A DNA stretch of 64,000 nucleotides from Lama guanicoe (Eukaryota), in assembly GCA_013239625.1 (NCBI GenBank), contig MU054391.1, positions 2,509,130-2,573,129 of the forward strand. The letters are read 5' to 3'. A program made the position numbers and the translations under genes. The notes below the pieces were generated by a model. That model saw only the letters and a program-made list of their open reading frames with translations, was not told the origin of the DNA and searched no databases. Shown here in pieces: positions 1-12,765 of this stretch. Every line of letters starts with the position of its first letter. Positions within the stretch are counted from its first letter, which is position 1.

Positions 1-2084
1 AATGCACGTGAGTACTTTCTCTAGTGTAAAAATCACCAGCGTGTAATCCCCATAGTAACCTCATCGCTTGCTATGCACTTAGACGGCTCCTGAAAAGCTG
101 TTTTCAAAAAACAAAATGAACCATCGAATACGGCGCTTGATTTTCTTCATTGATTTAAGTTTTGGTCTGCTAACGAGAATTCCGAGAACACTTCTAAGGG
201 CCACGCTTTTGGATGCTCAGCTTGAAATTAGAAATGAAAGGATGGAAACTGACTATCACTGAACGTCTACGAATTCGACTGTGTTCCAGCATGCCTCACG
301 GGTTCACGTAAACACAAAAGAACGTGCGCTTCTTTCGATAATCTCCATCCGTAGTCTATACATTTTATAACCCACATTAAGTAGTCAAACTGAAGTTTTC
401 CAATCTCATTTTGTTTAAAATGGAAATCAGTGGCAGCTTTTAAAGATTTCACTGTAAACAACTTATTTATTTTATCTTAATTATCTACAATTTACCTGAT
501 AGCCGCTATTTTATAAGGAAATGAGGTAGAAAACAATTCTCCACCTTTACAAGCAATCTTGCTTAGACTACAGATTCATAAAAACATCTGTCCCAACTAA
601 TTATGTATTATTTTCATTAAGAAATTGTACTGATCACACCAGAGGAAACTTTGCGTATGAAATATCTTGTGTTTGATGCACCCTGGGCTCAGAAGAGGAG
701 TGTCTTAAACACTCACACCCAGGAGAGGACACCAAGCAGAGGGCGCAGCGGCGCTGCACTGAGCTGCCTCCCACCCCCGGCCCTACGAAGGGGCGCGGTG
801 ATGGCCACGCGGTACGCGGAGCTGGTCACTGTGGTGTCCTCACGTGCAAGGAGCATCCCCTCCCACTCCGGTGTGCAGTTGCTGTGTTACATGTTAGGGC
901 TGCAAATTCAATCAAGGTCAACGTAATTACTGTTCTTGGAGAATTTATAATATAATGAACATGAGTAAGAGTTTGGGTGAAATGTACCTAAAATAACTGC
1001 TCTAAAATAATGGAAGCAGGTGCACGTGCAGGACAGCGCATCGGGAGGGCCTCCCTGAGGGTGTGGTGCTTGGACGGAGCCCTAGGTGGGGGCTCATGCC
1101 ACCACCGCCACCACAAATGCCCCTCACTCCGGCTTCAATTTAGTTAGTCCTCCTTAAGTCCATGCAGAAGGCATCAAGCAATCACCCTGAGAAAATCAGG
1201 GTTGCCTCTTGTGTAGCTTGACTTTCCTGGATGCATCCGGCCTCCCCAGGCTGACTGTCCTGCCAAATTGTCGCCTCCTGTATACCTGTCCTCCTGCCCC
1301 CTTGAGCCTCTGCAGAACCAGCCACGTCTGGTCACTCAAGTGCCGCTTCTCACAAGGGCCAGATTTAAACCACAGCTGGGGTCTGAATCAGCTCCGTAGT
1401 ATTTCCAGGGCGGGAGGGGTCTCGGGGCACCAAACTCCCTCCCAGGTCAGCTTCTGCAGTTTGAGACTTTAGGCTGACGTCACTGCTCTTCTCTCATTCT
1501 GTGGCAGGACTAGGTCTCACTCTGTCTAAGTAAGCTATTCTCATTTTAGGGACAAAAAAGAGAGAAAGAGACAATTTTGCTTATCTGTGTAACACGTATC
1601 TTGTGCTCAGGAAAGGGCAGTCCAGAAAGACCCTTTCTCTTGACCCTGGAGTTCTGGAGAAAGGTACCTCCTGTGATTAGATGGCGTAGGTGTGCAGAGA
1701 CACTGTAAGTGGCTGCAGCCAGGAGGGTGCTCACAGGGAGTCGGTGTTCTTCACGGATGTAACGGCATGTTCCAGCTGAGGCTCCGACTAGAAGACAATG
1801 GCGTGTCCCCAGGATCGTGAGCCTTTGCCTTAGGCAGGGAGTGTGGACATTAAAAGGACAAGGTCAGTGAGGGAGCAGTGTCTCCGGGTGGACTGTGGGG
1901 TCTCACAGTGTGTGTAGGGAGGAGGCCACCGCTGTGCACGCCCTTTAACCACGTTCTCAGCCTAACTTCCGCGGCAAGTTAGCACGAAGGGACCATCAGT
2001 TAGCGCTCTTCACGTCACTTGTCTATGTTGACCCCAGGAAAGTGTTATTAATGCATCTTTAAAGATTTAAAATACAGAGGCTAA

Positions 2085-2230
2085 GGGACAAATACATATA
2101 TTCTACATACAGATATATATCCACTGTATGTTGTGTGTATATATTCACTATATATACCATATATAATGTATAGTGTATGTATGTGTATCTGTGTGTATCT
2201 GTGTATTTTATATACATACACACCACACAC
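2085..2230. repeat. AT-rich (TA/TG/CA) low-complexity tract
   Basis: Degenerate tatata/tgtgta/cacaca runs, seen directly. Confidence 0.8.
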
Positions 2231-3339
2231 AAGTTCACGTGGCTGACACGCATTTAACTATTTAACTGAAGGTCCCTTCAGAGCCTCTCAGGACAACACA
2301 AATTACACCGAAGGCCCCAGCAGCCCTAACGTTTGGTGCAGAAATTATGACATATTGCATTCTGCACTCTTTTCGTCTGTCTACTTCGAGGAGTCTTCCT
2401 AACGATCAGGATGCTGAAATAGCATTTTAGCTTCTCCCAATCTTAGAAAATATTTGATAGCAGCATTTGCTTTGAAATGTGCATCATTCTTCAGAATCAT
2501 TCCTCAGAGTGATTCACGTCATTCAGTCCTCCCGTCGGGAAGGACGCTGCCCCCAGGAGAGGGGTGCGCGCTTTGCTTTCAGTCCTGCTTCCTCAGCCTC
2601 CTCCTGCGTCTGTGCTCAGGGATGCTGGTCCCCTTTACTCCGTTTCGGTCTGAGATTCTGGCTCCCTGGTTCTCAGGCCACCCATCTTCAGAGCCGGCAC
2701 CCACAGGTTACAGGTGGTATTTGGCAGCAGTTTTTTTCTCCCATTGTCTTGCTGAGAGTCTGCACTCAGCAGCCATCCCGTTTCTTTAATTGTCTTTCAC
2801 TGCCGTCTCCTCGTTAGCGGACATCCATACCTGCTAAACGTGGCCAAATGCACCACCCTGTCAGAAAGATAGGGTGCTGCTGGGAAGACAACTGGCTGTG
2901 TGCTGGATGGAAAGGTGGCCCAATTCAATTTTTCGAAAATCTTTTTTTATTACCCAGTAGCCAAAGTCTCAAGTGCCAGCCTCCACCTCTCTTAACTACA
3001 GACACGTATTTCAATCGCAACTTCATTTAGATGTTCAAAAACACCTTTAACTCACGATTCCGAACAGTCGTCAACCACCTGTCCACATGCCTCCTCCTTC
3101 AAGCAGTCGGCGGCTCCACTCCCATGCTGCCACTCACATCAGACGCCTCGCTCACCCTCTTCTGCTCCTAGAGGCCCTCCCTTGCCTCGTTTTTAATAAT
3201 TCCGTCGCTGTCTGCCACCAGAACAGTCCACGAACGTCATCGTGCTGCTGGGCCTCGTGCCCCCGCTAGCTGGCCTTTAGCGCTTCTGCTTGCTCTCATC
3301 AACAGCCAGTCAACAACGCTCCCGGTTTCCAATCTTTTT

Positions 3340-3640
3340 TTTTTTTTCCCGCACAGGAGTTGCTGTTAAAAATATAAAATTGAGCACACATATCTCTTCT
3401 GCTTAAAAAACCTCTCGCTTTCTCATTGCTCACTGCATAAAATTTAAACTCCTGGAAAAAAAAAAACAAGCCCTAACATTCTGGCCCCACGTGACACATG
3501 GCCCCAGCCACTGCCCGCTCTGAAGATCTTATTCTTCAGCTGTCCACCTAGAAAGTGGACAGCGCGTGGCCGTCTCCAGAAGGAAGGAGACTTGGCAGAA
3601 TTCCAGGCATATGGAGAACAAGTAAATGTTCATTAAGGTG
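3340..3640 (+). mobile_element. L2 LINE fragment (3' region)
   Basis: 'ctcttctgcttaaaaaacctctcgctttctcattgctcactgcataaaatttaaactcc...tctggcccc' resembles the L2 3' consensus; degenerate L2 tail near 3600-3635. Confidence 0.6.
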
Positions 3641-5022
3641 CATGGTGTCCTGGAATTTTCCACCCCAGCAGATACCCTCGACCGCTCTTTCTCTAATTCA
3701 CACACTTGCTCAAGTTCACACTAACTCTAGTGCCAAACCCAAGGTGGCAGAGAGAAGGAGGCTCTCCATGCACCTCTGAAAAAAATGTTGGCTGTTGATT
3801 CCTGTGGCAGGCGATGCGTGGTCCCTACAAACAAAAAGGACTGAAGTGGAGAAACACTCAAGGGAGGAGACACTGAGAAGGCAGACGTGACGGCTCCGAG
3901 CAGCCTGAGGGCCTTGGGAAATCGGCCCGCTTTTTCCCGAGCACGGGGACCACCCGTGTCAGGAGAAGCTGCAGGTGGCACCCATGGACGCATGGACTCA
4001 GTCATGTTTAACGGGTGGTTTGACACAATCTCTCTATGCTCTGAGGTCAGTGGAAGCTAATTATCACTCCTGAAACCACCACTGACTTTACTGTAAGTCT
4101 CTGGTAAAATCTAAATTACTCATTCTCATCCTGATTCCGAAAATGAATGCGAGTATTACAATCCTCATTCTGCAGAGTGGTCATGGGGGCTGGCAGACAG
4201 TGCCGGGCACAGGCAATCGATCAGCCAGTGGATGCAAAAACAGCCCTGTTTTATGAAATTACTTTCCAGCAATGTTAACATGAACATCATATTTTAAGAG
4301 CCAAATTTAAGCGATTGAAACCAATAACCATTTTAATTATCTGGATATTTTCAACGACCCACACTGGAAGACACAAATTAGATTCAGTGGAATATATCTA
4401 AGAGCATTCACATCCCAGCTTGCATGAGGAAGTTGCCTTATATGCCGGAAGGGTCATTGCAATGTGTTTCTACAAATTTAATAGCAAGTCAGAAGTTTTA
4501 AACGTTCAGTCTACTTTTTAAAGAAGCCAGTACAAAAAAAAATGGATTTAGAGTTAAAAAATCTACTAAATGTTTTAATTTTAATTCTACCCCTTACAAA
4601 TACGTGTTTGGTCAAATTATTTATTGATTTGTTTAAAAACTGGGGTAAGAATACTTTCATCATTGAATAACTCTGAAAACCACAAACGTGCCAGAGAATT
4701 CCGTAAGTCATTTTTCTTTTTCCCCTTGTCATTCTGAATTCCAGTTCTCAAGCAGCTGTCTATAGGTTTTGTCTGGAATAAGAATCTAGAAATATTTTGT
4801 AGAAAAACAATAATGTAGTCTCAGGCGATGGTAACTCTTAGCAGCTGTCCACAATTTCAATGGAAAAGTGATTTTTAGAAAAAGAATCTCTTGACAATTT
4901 CGATGTGTACCACTTAGTCATTATAATCATCCGCATTCCTTAGGACATCTTTCCATTATTTAGTTACCAAAGTTTAACATTAATTCTGATAAAGACTCAG
5001 AACCAAACCGGTTTCTCCTTAC

Positions 5023-5173
5023 CTTTCCCAGGGTGAGTGAGGATGCTTTCAAAACACCTGGGAGCAAACAGTTCTCAGCTGGCACTTTGTCTTCTCAGTT
5101 GCTTCAGCAGGTTAGACTGCGAACATCCTACGTGGCTGGACAGATGTTGCTTCAGGTCACTTGTCAGAACACC
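5023..5173 (-). other. Candidate spliced exon (151 nt), all frames closed (UTR or non-coding)
   Basis: Minus-strand acceptor 'gtttggtttatgtcag|G' and donor 'AAG|gtaagg'; a stop codon in each of the three frames. Confidence 0.4.
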
Positions 5174-5254
5174 CTGACATAAACCAAACAGCCTTTTTCA
5201 GAACAAAGCAACGACAATAAAGGAGAAACAAACAAAGCCAAAGCTCTTCAGCAA

Positions 5255-5420
5255 GTGTCTGTAACTCGGACCAATTAGCTGTGCTCTCTGGGCATTTATT
5301 TCTCCTCCACGAAATAGAGACAGCAGCTACACCTCGGGTTGTCCAAGGACTCGGTGCATTCGTTTAGAAGTGCTTAGAGCAGCTCATGGCACCAAACGAG
5401 CATTCAATAAATGTTAGCGA
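5255..5420 (+). mobile_element. MIR SINE
   Basis: MIR 3' end 'aagtgcttagagcagctcatggcacc...cattcaataaatgttagc'. Confidence 0.8.
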
Positions 5421-5519
5421 AAATATGAAGTTGAAAGACATCAGTTCAGATTGTATTTCCTTTATCTAAGGTTCACTTTTGTCTTCTTTTTGGAAATTTT
5501 CCTTTAGGTGTGCTTTCTT

Positions 5520-5738
5520 TTTTAATTCCTATTTCCTATTGAAGTGTAGTCTGTTTACAATGTTAGTTTCAGGTGTACAGCAAAGTGATTCAGTTAAACA
5601 TACACATACATACATATATATTTTTTCAGTTTCTTTTCCATTATGGCTCATTAGAAGAACTTGAATATAGTTCCCTGTGCCATACAGTAGGTCCTTGTTT
5701 GATATATAGTAGTGTATATCCATCACTCCCAAGCTCTT
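5520..5738 (-). mobile_element. 5'-truncated L1, artiodactyl-type 3' UTR
   Basis: 'ttgaagtgtagtctgtttacaatgttagtttcaggtgtacagcaaagtgattcagtt...atagttccctgtgccatacagtaggtccttg' is a typical cetartiodactyl L1 3' end in reverse. Confidence 0.85.
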
Positions 5739-6310
5739 AGATGAACTAGTGAGCTGATGGTGGTGGTGGAGTTCAGGCTCAGCATGAGAAAGGAGGAGCG
5801 ATGCTTTGGGAGAGGTGTAGACATGCTTCCATTTGAGACCTTAAGAGCACATAATGCAGGCATGTGTCATCATAGAAATGTTATTTTTATTTGATGGATA
5901 GACACACCAAACACATGGAGGCTCAGAGGATGAGTGTAGTAGGAAACAGATCTAGAATTTAAGCCCAACTTTTCTGGTGCTAATTTACATTTTCTTTTGC
6001 CCTTTACCATGGCTGCCTCTATATACAGGATTGCATTAGTCTGTGCATATATTTCATATTATTTCTTATCTATATTGGCATATTTTGATGTGTAACAGGT
6101 TACTGTTCAGTGGGTCACAACTTGCACACTTTAATTCAGATCAAATAAAATGCAAAGTAATAAATAACATATTAATTTATATAATATACCAAGGAGAAAA
6201 ATGTAAGTTTATTGAAATTTAATAGTGATGAGCATTCTACTGTTATTTTCTACTGCCTGCACGTATTGCAGATAATGGAGCTACGTATGTTCTAAAAATA
6301 CACATTAGCT

Positions 6311-6600
6311 TTGATTTGCATTTCAGGGCGGTGGGAGAGGATAAATTGGGAGTTAGAGATTTACAGATACCAACTGATATATATAGAACAGATAACCAAC
6401 AGAGTCATGCCGTAAAGCACAAGGAACCATATTCAATCTCTTCTAGTAACTTATGGTGAAAAAGAACATGAAAATGAATACGTGTATGTTCATGTATGAC
6501 TGGAGCACTGTGCTGTGCACCAGACATTGACACAACACTGTAAGCTGACTAGACTTCAATAGAAATATATATATATATATATATACAAAAATACATATAT
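6311..6600 (+). mobile_element. 5'-truncated L1 3' end with (TA)n tail and TSD
   Basis: L1 3' UTR 'gggagaggataaattgggagttagagatttacagatacc...gactagacttcaat'; flanked by acattagct at 6302-6310 and 6601-6609; upstream 'tct|aaaaa' resembles an L1 endonuclease site. Confidence 0.9.
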
Positions 6601-7535
6601 ACATTAGCTGTTTGTGTTCTTACTTGCATGCATTATGTTATATTAGTAAGGAGCTTAAATTGTTAATGTGCAAAACCATGTCTATCCAGTGGGATACACG
6701 ATCTCTTCTACCACAACGTCTGAAGACGTGTTAGTGACATGTTTGAGTCTGCATCCTCCGTTCCCTGTTTCAAACAACAGAAATATCCTTCAAGTGCTCT
6801 GTCGAAGGCTTCGTCTGGTTGGATACGTGAGGAAGCAGACCCTGCAGCCAGGCAGTGGAGAAGCGCGCTCTCTGTCTGTTTCCACCAGTCACGACACGGC
6901 AAGAAGACCAAGATGTAAGGCAGCCGGATCGGGGGCTCTCTAGTGATCTTGAAAATAATCTGAAGTTAACTTTTTCGCAGACTTCCCTTTCTGCAAGAAT
7001 TCCCTTTCTCTGGTTGGAGCATGCTCGTGAATGAAAGGCTCACGATGTTAAAGACAGACTAAAACCTTCACAGAGCAGCTTGTGTTTCCCTCTGATTTCA
7101 GCCTCAGCTGAAGGCTGCTGACACAGAGATGGGCATTAAAACAAACATCTCCCTCAAATGGAAAGTCAAATCAATCTCATTTTAAAGGAGATACAGACAC
7201 TGGTTCAAAACTTGATCTCGAGCTCCTTGTCCAAAGGGATGGATTTAGGTGAGTCAGAGCATTCTCAGCTTTTACAAAACTTGATCTCAGGTGAAATGAA
7301 TTTTCTTAAAACCGACCCAGCCCTGTATTTATGTTCTTGTCTGTTTCTTTCACATAATAGAATTGGGAAGTCCTTGTTCAGAGCTGGGAATGAAGCTTGT
7401 AGATTGAAACCTAGTGCCTAAGTGGCTTTCTAAAGAACAGCAAGTGTCCTAGGTAACAGCAGTGCAGAGTGGTTATTTCCGCACACACAAACATAATTGT
7501 GTTTCATATTATTTGCGCCAGGGGATGATGCTTAC

Positions 7536-8153
7536 CTGTGTAAGGTGTGGAAGCCAGTCCGAAATTCAACCCATATTTCCGAGAATGAAAACAAAGCCCT
7601 GACAAAGATGTACAGCTCAGTCGATATGGTTTTATGAACCACCAAGTGGGCTGATTCTGATTCTGGCTGGACCATTAGGTTGCACTGCACAGCAGATCAC
7701 CAGGGTGATCCACAGAAGCACGTTCAGAAGCCACAAAGAAGGGCGAGCCAGTAATCTGCTCCAGGCACAGATTAAATTGTGCCCAATCTTACTACACCTG
7801 CATGATCCACCTTGCAAAAATACCAATATTCAACTTCACTACTATGGAAAAAGGAAAACTCCACGGGTGATTAATGACAGAGTTGAGCATATCTAAAAGA
7901 CATCCTGCTGGAGAAGCAATAGAGTTTCCTGCAAAGAATTTTCTTTAAAAGCCAATGCAAAAGCACCATCAGCATCAGACTGGACTTTGTGGGCTAACCA
8001 GGAAGACTGGATTAATGTCGGTGCTCCTGGGGTTCAGAGTCTGTAAGCAGTACCCAGAGCGGGTGGCGTAGAATACTAGTTTTGGTGACTTCATTCCGGA
8101 AATAATGACTCTGTTTGCCTTTACTGACTTTGAACTTCTAAGTGGCAGAGACA
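7536..8153 (-). other. Candidate exon (up to 618 nt; alternative internal acceptors exist)
   Basis: Strong acceptor 'tttgtctttctcttttgttctctctctcag|TG' and strong donor 'CAG|gtaagc'. Confidence 0.4.
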
Positions 8154-8756
8154 CTGAGAGAGAGAACAAAAGAGAAAGACAAATGTGAGTTTATTTTACA
8201 CTCAGCCAGAATTCTCTGGTATTAGCTAATTGAACAATATACAGTGATTAGCAAACACTTATCGACTCATCATTCTGAGGTATCTGTTGGCCCGTGTAAA
8301 TTGACCATTTTTATGCACATCTATAAAGTTCATCTGTATCTGTAGACCAGTTTAGAAGCATGCTTTGCTTTGCTCACATATGAAGTAACGTAAGTTTTAT
8401 TGGTGTTAAAAATTACACGTTTCAGGAAAGATGCCGAAGGCTTGAGCTCTGACATGCAGCTCACCTGTATTTACCTGGGACAAAACAGAGGAGCCAGGAG
8501 CCCGGAGGCAGATGTGCGCAGGAGCCTCCCGGGGATGGACCGATGCACATCTGTCTGTGCCTGTGGCTGACGGCTGACACCAGCGATGACAGGGAACATG
8601 CTACCTCCTGTCACATGAAAGCAGTCATGTTGCTGAAGAGAACGGCCAGTGCCAGGCCCTTCGCTCCTGGGGAAAGAGGCCATAAAAGTGAGTTCCCATC
8701 CACCTTGTGCCGCAGTTTGCAAAGGCCTAGCATTGAATAACATCCATCTTTTTCAG

Positions 8757-9003
8757 ATCTCCTACCCAGACCTGGAAGGCACCCAGAGAGAACTGATAAT
8801 ACAAAGCAAAGTAAAATTAAGCCCAGAAGAAGGGAGGTGCTTTCTCTGCCCAAGCAGAGACCAGGACAAGCACACTGGCGCCCTGGAGAGCAGACCCGTC
8901 TGGGGACTCGAGCGGTTGGTCTGTGTTGCAAGAACTCAAGAAAACCAACACGTGCAGAAGTGGTTTGAGGCATGTTTTGAACCTGGAGAGAGAGGACGAT
9001 GAG
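8757..9003 (+). other. Candidate plus-strand exon (247 nt)
   Basis: Acceptor 'aataacatccatctttttcag|A', donor 'GAG|gtaagc'; the phase-0 frame is open until TGA at 9000-9002. Confidence 0.4.
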
Positions 9004-9309
9004 GTAAGCCAGACCTGGACGGAGCTGGGGACACAGTGCTTCTTCTAGAAGAGGTCTATGACGTGGGCAGGGTCCAGCTGGCTGTGGGCACCGGGCCCAG
9101 AGGGTCACATCTGAGGGCTGGGTCCCTCCTCTGCCCTACGCAGGAGGCTTTGTAAAATCAGGCATTTCTTCCTCCTCGTCCTCAAGCCCCCACCCGAAGA
9201 CCTCTGAACTAGTATATTGCAGGGGGTGACCTGAGGTTCTGTCCTTATTTTAAAATATTCTGACATAACAATTAAGACTGGGATCCTCCCCTCCTATCAA
9301 AGCCCCTAA

Positions 9310-9445
9310 TTCTGTGGTTCTCAATCCTGGCTGCCCATTAGAATCACCAGATAAACCCTGTATCCCATGGACGGCCAGCTCTTCCCCACGTGGACTCTGG
9401 TTTCTTTGCTTTGAAGCAGAGCCCAGGTATGAGAAGCTCTCTCCC
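9310..9445 (+). mobile_element. MER5-like hAT-Charlie DNA transposon fragment
   Basis: 'gtggttctcaatcctggctgcccattagaatcacc' matches the MER5A terminus. Confidence 0.7.
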
Positions 9446-9504
9446 TACTAGAGGAATAATCCCCCATCTTTGCTCCATTACCTTGCGAGCTGCCCGTGGG
9501 GAAG

Positions 9505-9600
9505 CACCAGGCATCAGGCACTGACAAGCACTTTATCTCCATGACACGTGCTCAGTCACAGCTATAATTCTGAGGGGTGGGTATTACGTCATCCCATGTC
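9505..9600 (-). mobile_element. MIR fragment
   Basis: 'caggcactgacaagcactttat...tctgaggggtgggtattacgtcatcccat'. Confidence 0.55.
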
Positions 9601-10554
9601 TGTTGGTTGGTTGGTTTCTAAACTAGTCCTGTTTGCACAAAATATATTTTTTCAATTAAAAAAAAAAAGTTATACCAGCATGATGGCAGGAAGTGCCCCT
9701 GTGAAAACTATTTAAAAAAATTAAGCCCTCTGGAAATGGTACTAAGTACAAACAGCAAGTGAAGAAACATTTATTCAAGAACATCTACAGAAGTTCAGTA
9801 AGAAAGGTGAGAATCTGTGACATGTGAACCGAGGCTGCGCCTCCCTCCCCATCCCAGCTCAGCGAGGCAGCTGGAGACTCCAGACACTGCAGGAAGGAGC
9901 ACCGTGTCCCCCGCGCGGGGTCCTCCCAGCTCCCTACAGGAGGGCTTTCGTCTCTGTGGAAGCAGGTTGCAAGCATTTCTCCCCTGCCTCCAGCTGCCTT
10001 TAGTGGGGCTGAGTCCTGGACAAGTACAGCTCCACCCTGGGTGTGGCAGGACAAAACTGATGGGATCCCATAGTCCCTGCCCCTCCTGGGGTATTGTCGC
10101 CACTCCTGAGATACAAGCTGGGAGGATCTCAGGTGACTGCTCCCCAGGCCCCACCCACCACTCAGTGACTGGAGTGTGGTGCCACTCAGACAGAAGCTAG
10201 GTACTGTTCCCACTCCCCAGATCCAGAGCCCCCGCCCAGGAGATGCCTAGTGGGGGAGAAATAAGGCTTAAAAAAGCTATCTCTTGATTTCATCTCAAAG
10301 GATCTGTCTTCAAAGGCATCTAAGCACGGAGAGAGTAGAGCCTCGGGGCACTCACAAGGACAGTGAGTGGAGCTGTAGTGAAAGGTTGTTGGACATGACT
10401 AATAAGTCTAACAATGATGCAGACCTGACTATCAGCCAGCTAGCTTGTAGTGAGAAGTGGGGATAAAACGGCTGGGTAGAGCCCTCCTGGGGTCAGAACT
10501 AGAATGAAACGCTGATCTCAGAAAGGAATTCATCCACGGCGCCACGATTTCTAA

Positions 10555-11330
10555 AGATCTTCAAATGGCCAACAAGCACTTGAAAAGATACTTGGCATCA
10601 TTAGTCTTTAGGAAAATGTGGATCAAAACCACAATTATGTCATCTCTTCATACCCATTAGGATGGCTAGAATCAAAAAGTCAGATACCAAGTGCTGGTGG
10701 GGATGTGAGGAAATTAGAAAAGTTGTGCCCTGTTGAGGGGGATGTACAACCATGCAGCCACTTTGGAAGACAGTCTGTAAGTTCCTATAATGATTCAACA
10801 GAAGGTTACTGTGTGAGCTGGCAACTCAACCCCTAGGCACACAACCAAGGGAAGTGAAAACTTCTGTCCACACAAGAGCTTGTACATGAATGTTTATAGA
10901 AGGATTATTCATAATTTTCCAAAAGGTGGAAATAAGCTAAACACTCATCAACAGATGAATGGTTAATCAGAAAATGATATATCCATACAAGGCACTTTTA
11001 TTTGGATATAAAAAGGAAAGGAGCCCTGATCCCTGCATGCTACCACGTGGATGAACCATGAAAACATGCTAAATGGAGAAGCCAGTCACAAAAGACTACA
11101 TGTTATACGATTATATGAAATGTCCCAGATTACTGATATTTATAGACACAGAGGCAGAGTGGTGACGGCTTAGGGCTGCAGCTGGAGAGGAAAGGGATGA
11201 AGGTGTTTTAGAACTGATCGTGGTGATGGTTACATGTATCTGTAAATACACTAATGTCCATTAAGTTGTACATTTTGCACAGGTAACTTGTATAGGACAT
11301 AAGTCTTATCTCAGTAAAGCTGTTAAGAAA
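10555..11330 (+). mobile_element. Old L1 (L1MB-like), ORF2 C-terminus plus 3' UTR
   Basis: 'caaatggccaacaagcacttgaaaagatac...tcaaaaccacaat...catcaacagatgaatgg...tatctcagtaaagctgtt'. Confidence 0.9.
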
Positions 11331-11369
11331 GAGCATGTTGGACTACGGACATCAAAATAAAAAAGTAAC

Positions 11370-11800
11370 CACTGTCACAGTGGTGGCAGATGGCAAAAGC
11401 ACCATCAGGGATTGTGCTCGTGAGGAACAGACAGAAAGGGAGCAGGAGGTCAGAGCGCGGTGAAACCCTGAGAGGATGCAGGAAGGAGAGGGCGGAGGAC
11501 TGGGCAGGAAGAACTCAGAGTGCACTGCGGCTCCGAGGAAGTGCCACCCGGGCCGACGAGGAACTTGGTTCCAAGGCTGCCTGTACACGGTCCCCTGTTG
11601 GGCAGAGCAGGTCCTCTTACTGGCGTCTCGCCCAGTCACTGGCTGGGAGCTTCCTGGGAAGAGCAGGGCCTCGGCTCAAATGCCGTGGGGGGCTCCCAGG
11701 GCGCAGCTGCTGGAGGCCACGCCCTGCCTCCTCTTCTTGCAGCTGACCAGCAGGTGCTTTCGTCAAGGGCGCTCTGAGCACGGTGCCTTCACGTCTGCTC
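11370..11800. mobile_element. ERVL-class LTR remnant (LTR33/LTR16-like)
   Basis: 'cagtcactggctgggagc...gcctcggctcaaatgccgtgg...gcagctgctggaggc...ttgcagctgaccagcagg...gctctgagc' resembles the old ERVL LTR consensus as I recall it. Confidence 0.55.
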
Positions 11801-12354
11801 AGGAGGTGCTGAAGTGAGTCATGGTTTGGATCCTGAAATCTTCCCTGTAGTGGAAATAGCAGGACTCTGCTGGAAAAGACAGTAAATCCAGCGTTACGAC
11901 TGTTTTGAACATATTTCCTAAATCCCAAATCAGCATAAATGACATGACCGTGATTTTTTGTTGTTGTTGAAAATTGTGTAGCACTTATCCCAGACACATC
12001 TCCTCCCAGCAAAGCTTCTGCAACACTGTACAGTATGCTGCTGTATCAGCTGGGCACCGCTCACGTACTTTTTTTGCTAGCTGCCTTAATGTAAAATCAT
12101 GAAAAGGAACACTAGTTATTTGACAAGTCTGGTATGAAAACACAAAAATCTTTCAATACCCCCCAAATTGAGTGACTTTTATTTATGGATGTTAACTCTA
12201 GAGGCCTTTCACTTCCAGAGTTTCCACTGGTAATAACTGAGATTTATGAAGTCTTAACTTTTTATAGCCTGCCTGTGCCAGTGATGGAGTTGTCATCTCT
12301 CATCTCCAGACCCAATCTTTTCTATTTTGATTTGGGATGCTCAGCCAGGACTCT

Positions 12355-12765
12355 GCAAACCATTTTCAAAAAATCGGATTATTTGGGGGTTTTTTACTGC
12401 TGAGTTGTAAGAGTTCTTTATATATTCTGGTTACAAGTCCCTTGTAGATAAATGACTTGCAAATACAAGTTGGGAAGTGTTTCTTCTTCTGTTTAAAAAG
12501 CCTGTGAAGAGTCAGTATTATTTCTTCTTAAAATATTTGGTAGAATTTAGAGTGAATCCTTCTAGATCTGGGCTCTTTGGGTTCCTTTTCTGAGTAGAAA
12601 TTACTCACCTGTTCACCCCCCTTGCTACAGGGCTATTCAGACTGTCCGTTTCTTCTGGAGTCAGTTTTGGTAGTTTGTATCTTTCCAGAAATATGTTCAT
12701 TTTATCTAAGGTATTTAATTTGTTGGTGTGCAGTTATTCATAGACTGTGTCTTCATTAGATCCAT
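12355..12765 (-). mobile_element. L1 ORF2 fragments joined at about 12466
   Basis: 'ctgagttgtaagagttctttatatattctggttacaagtccctt' followed by 'tttggtagaattt...gtcagttttggtagtttgtatctttccagaaat', which are non-adjacent parts of ORF2. Confidence 0.85.
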
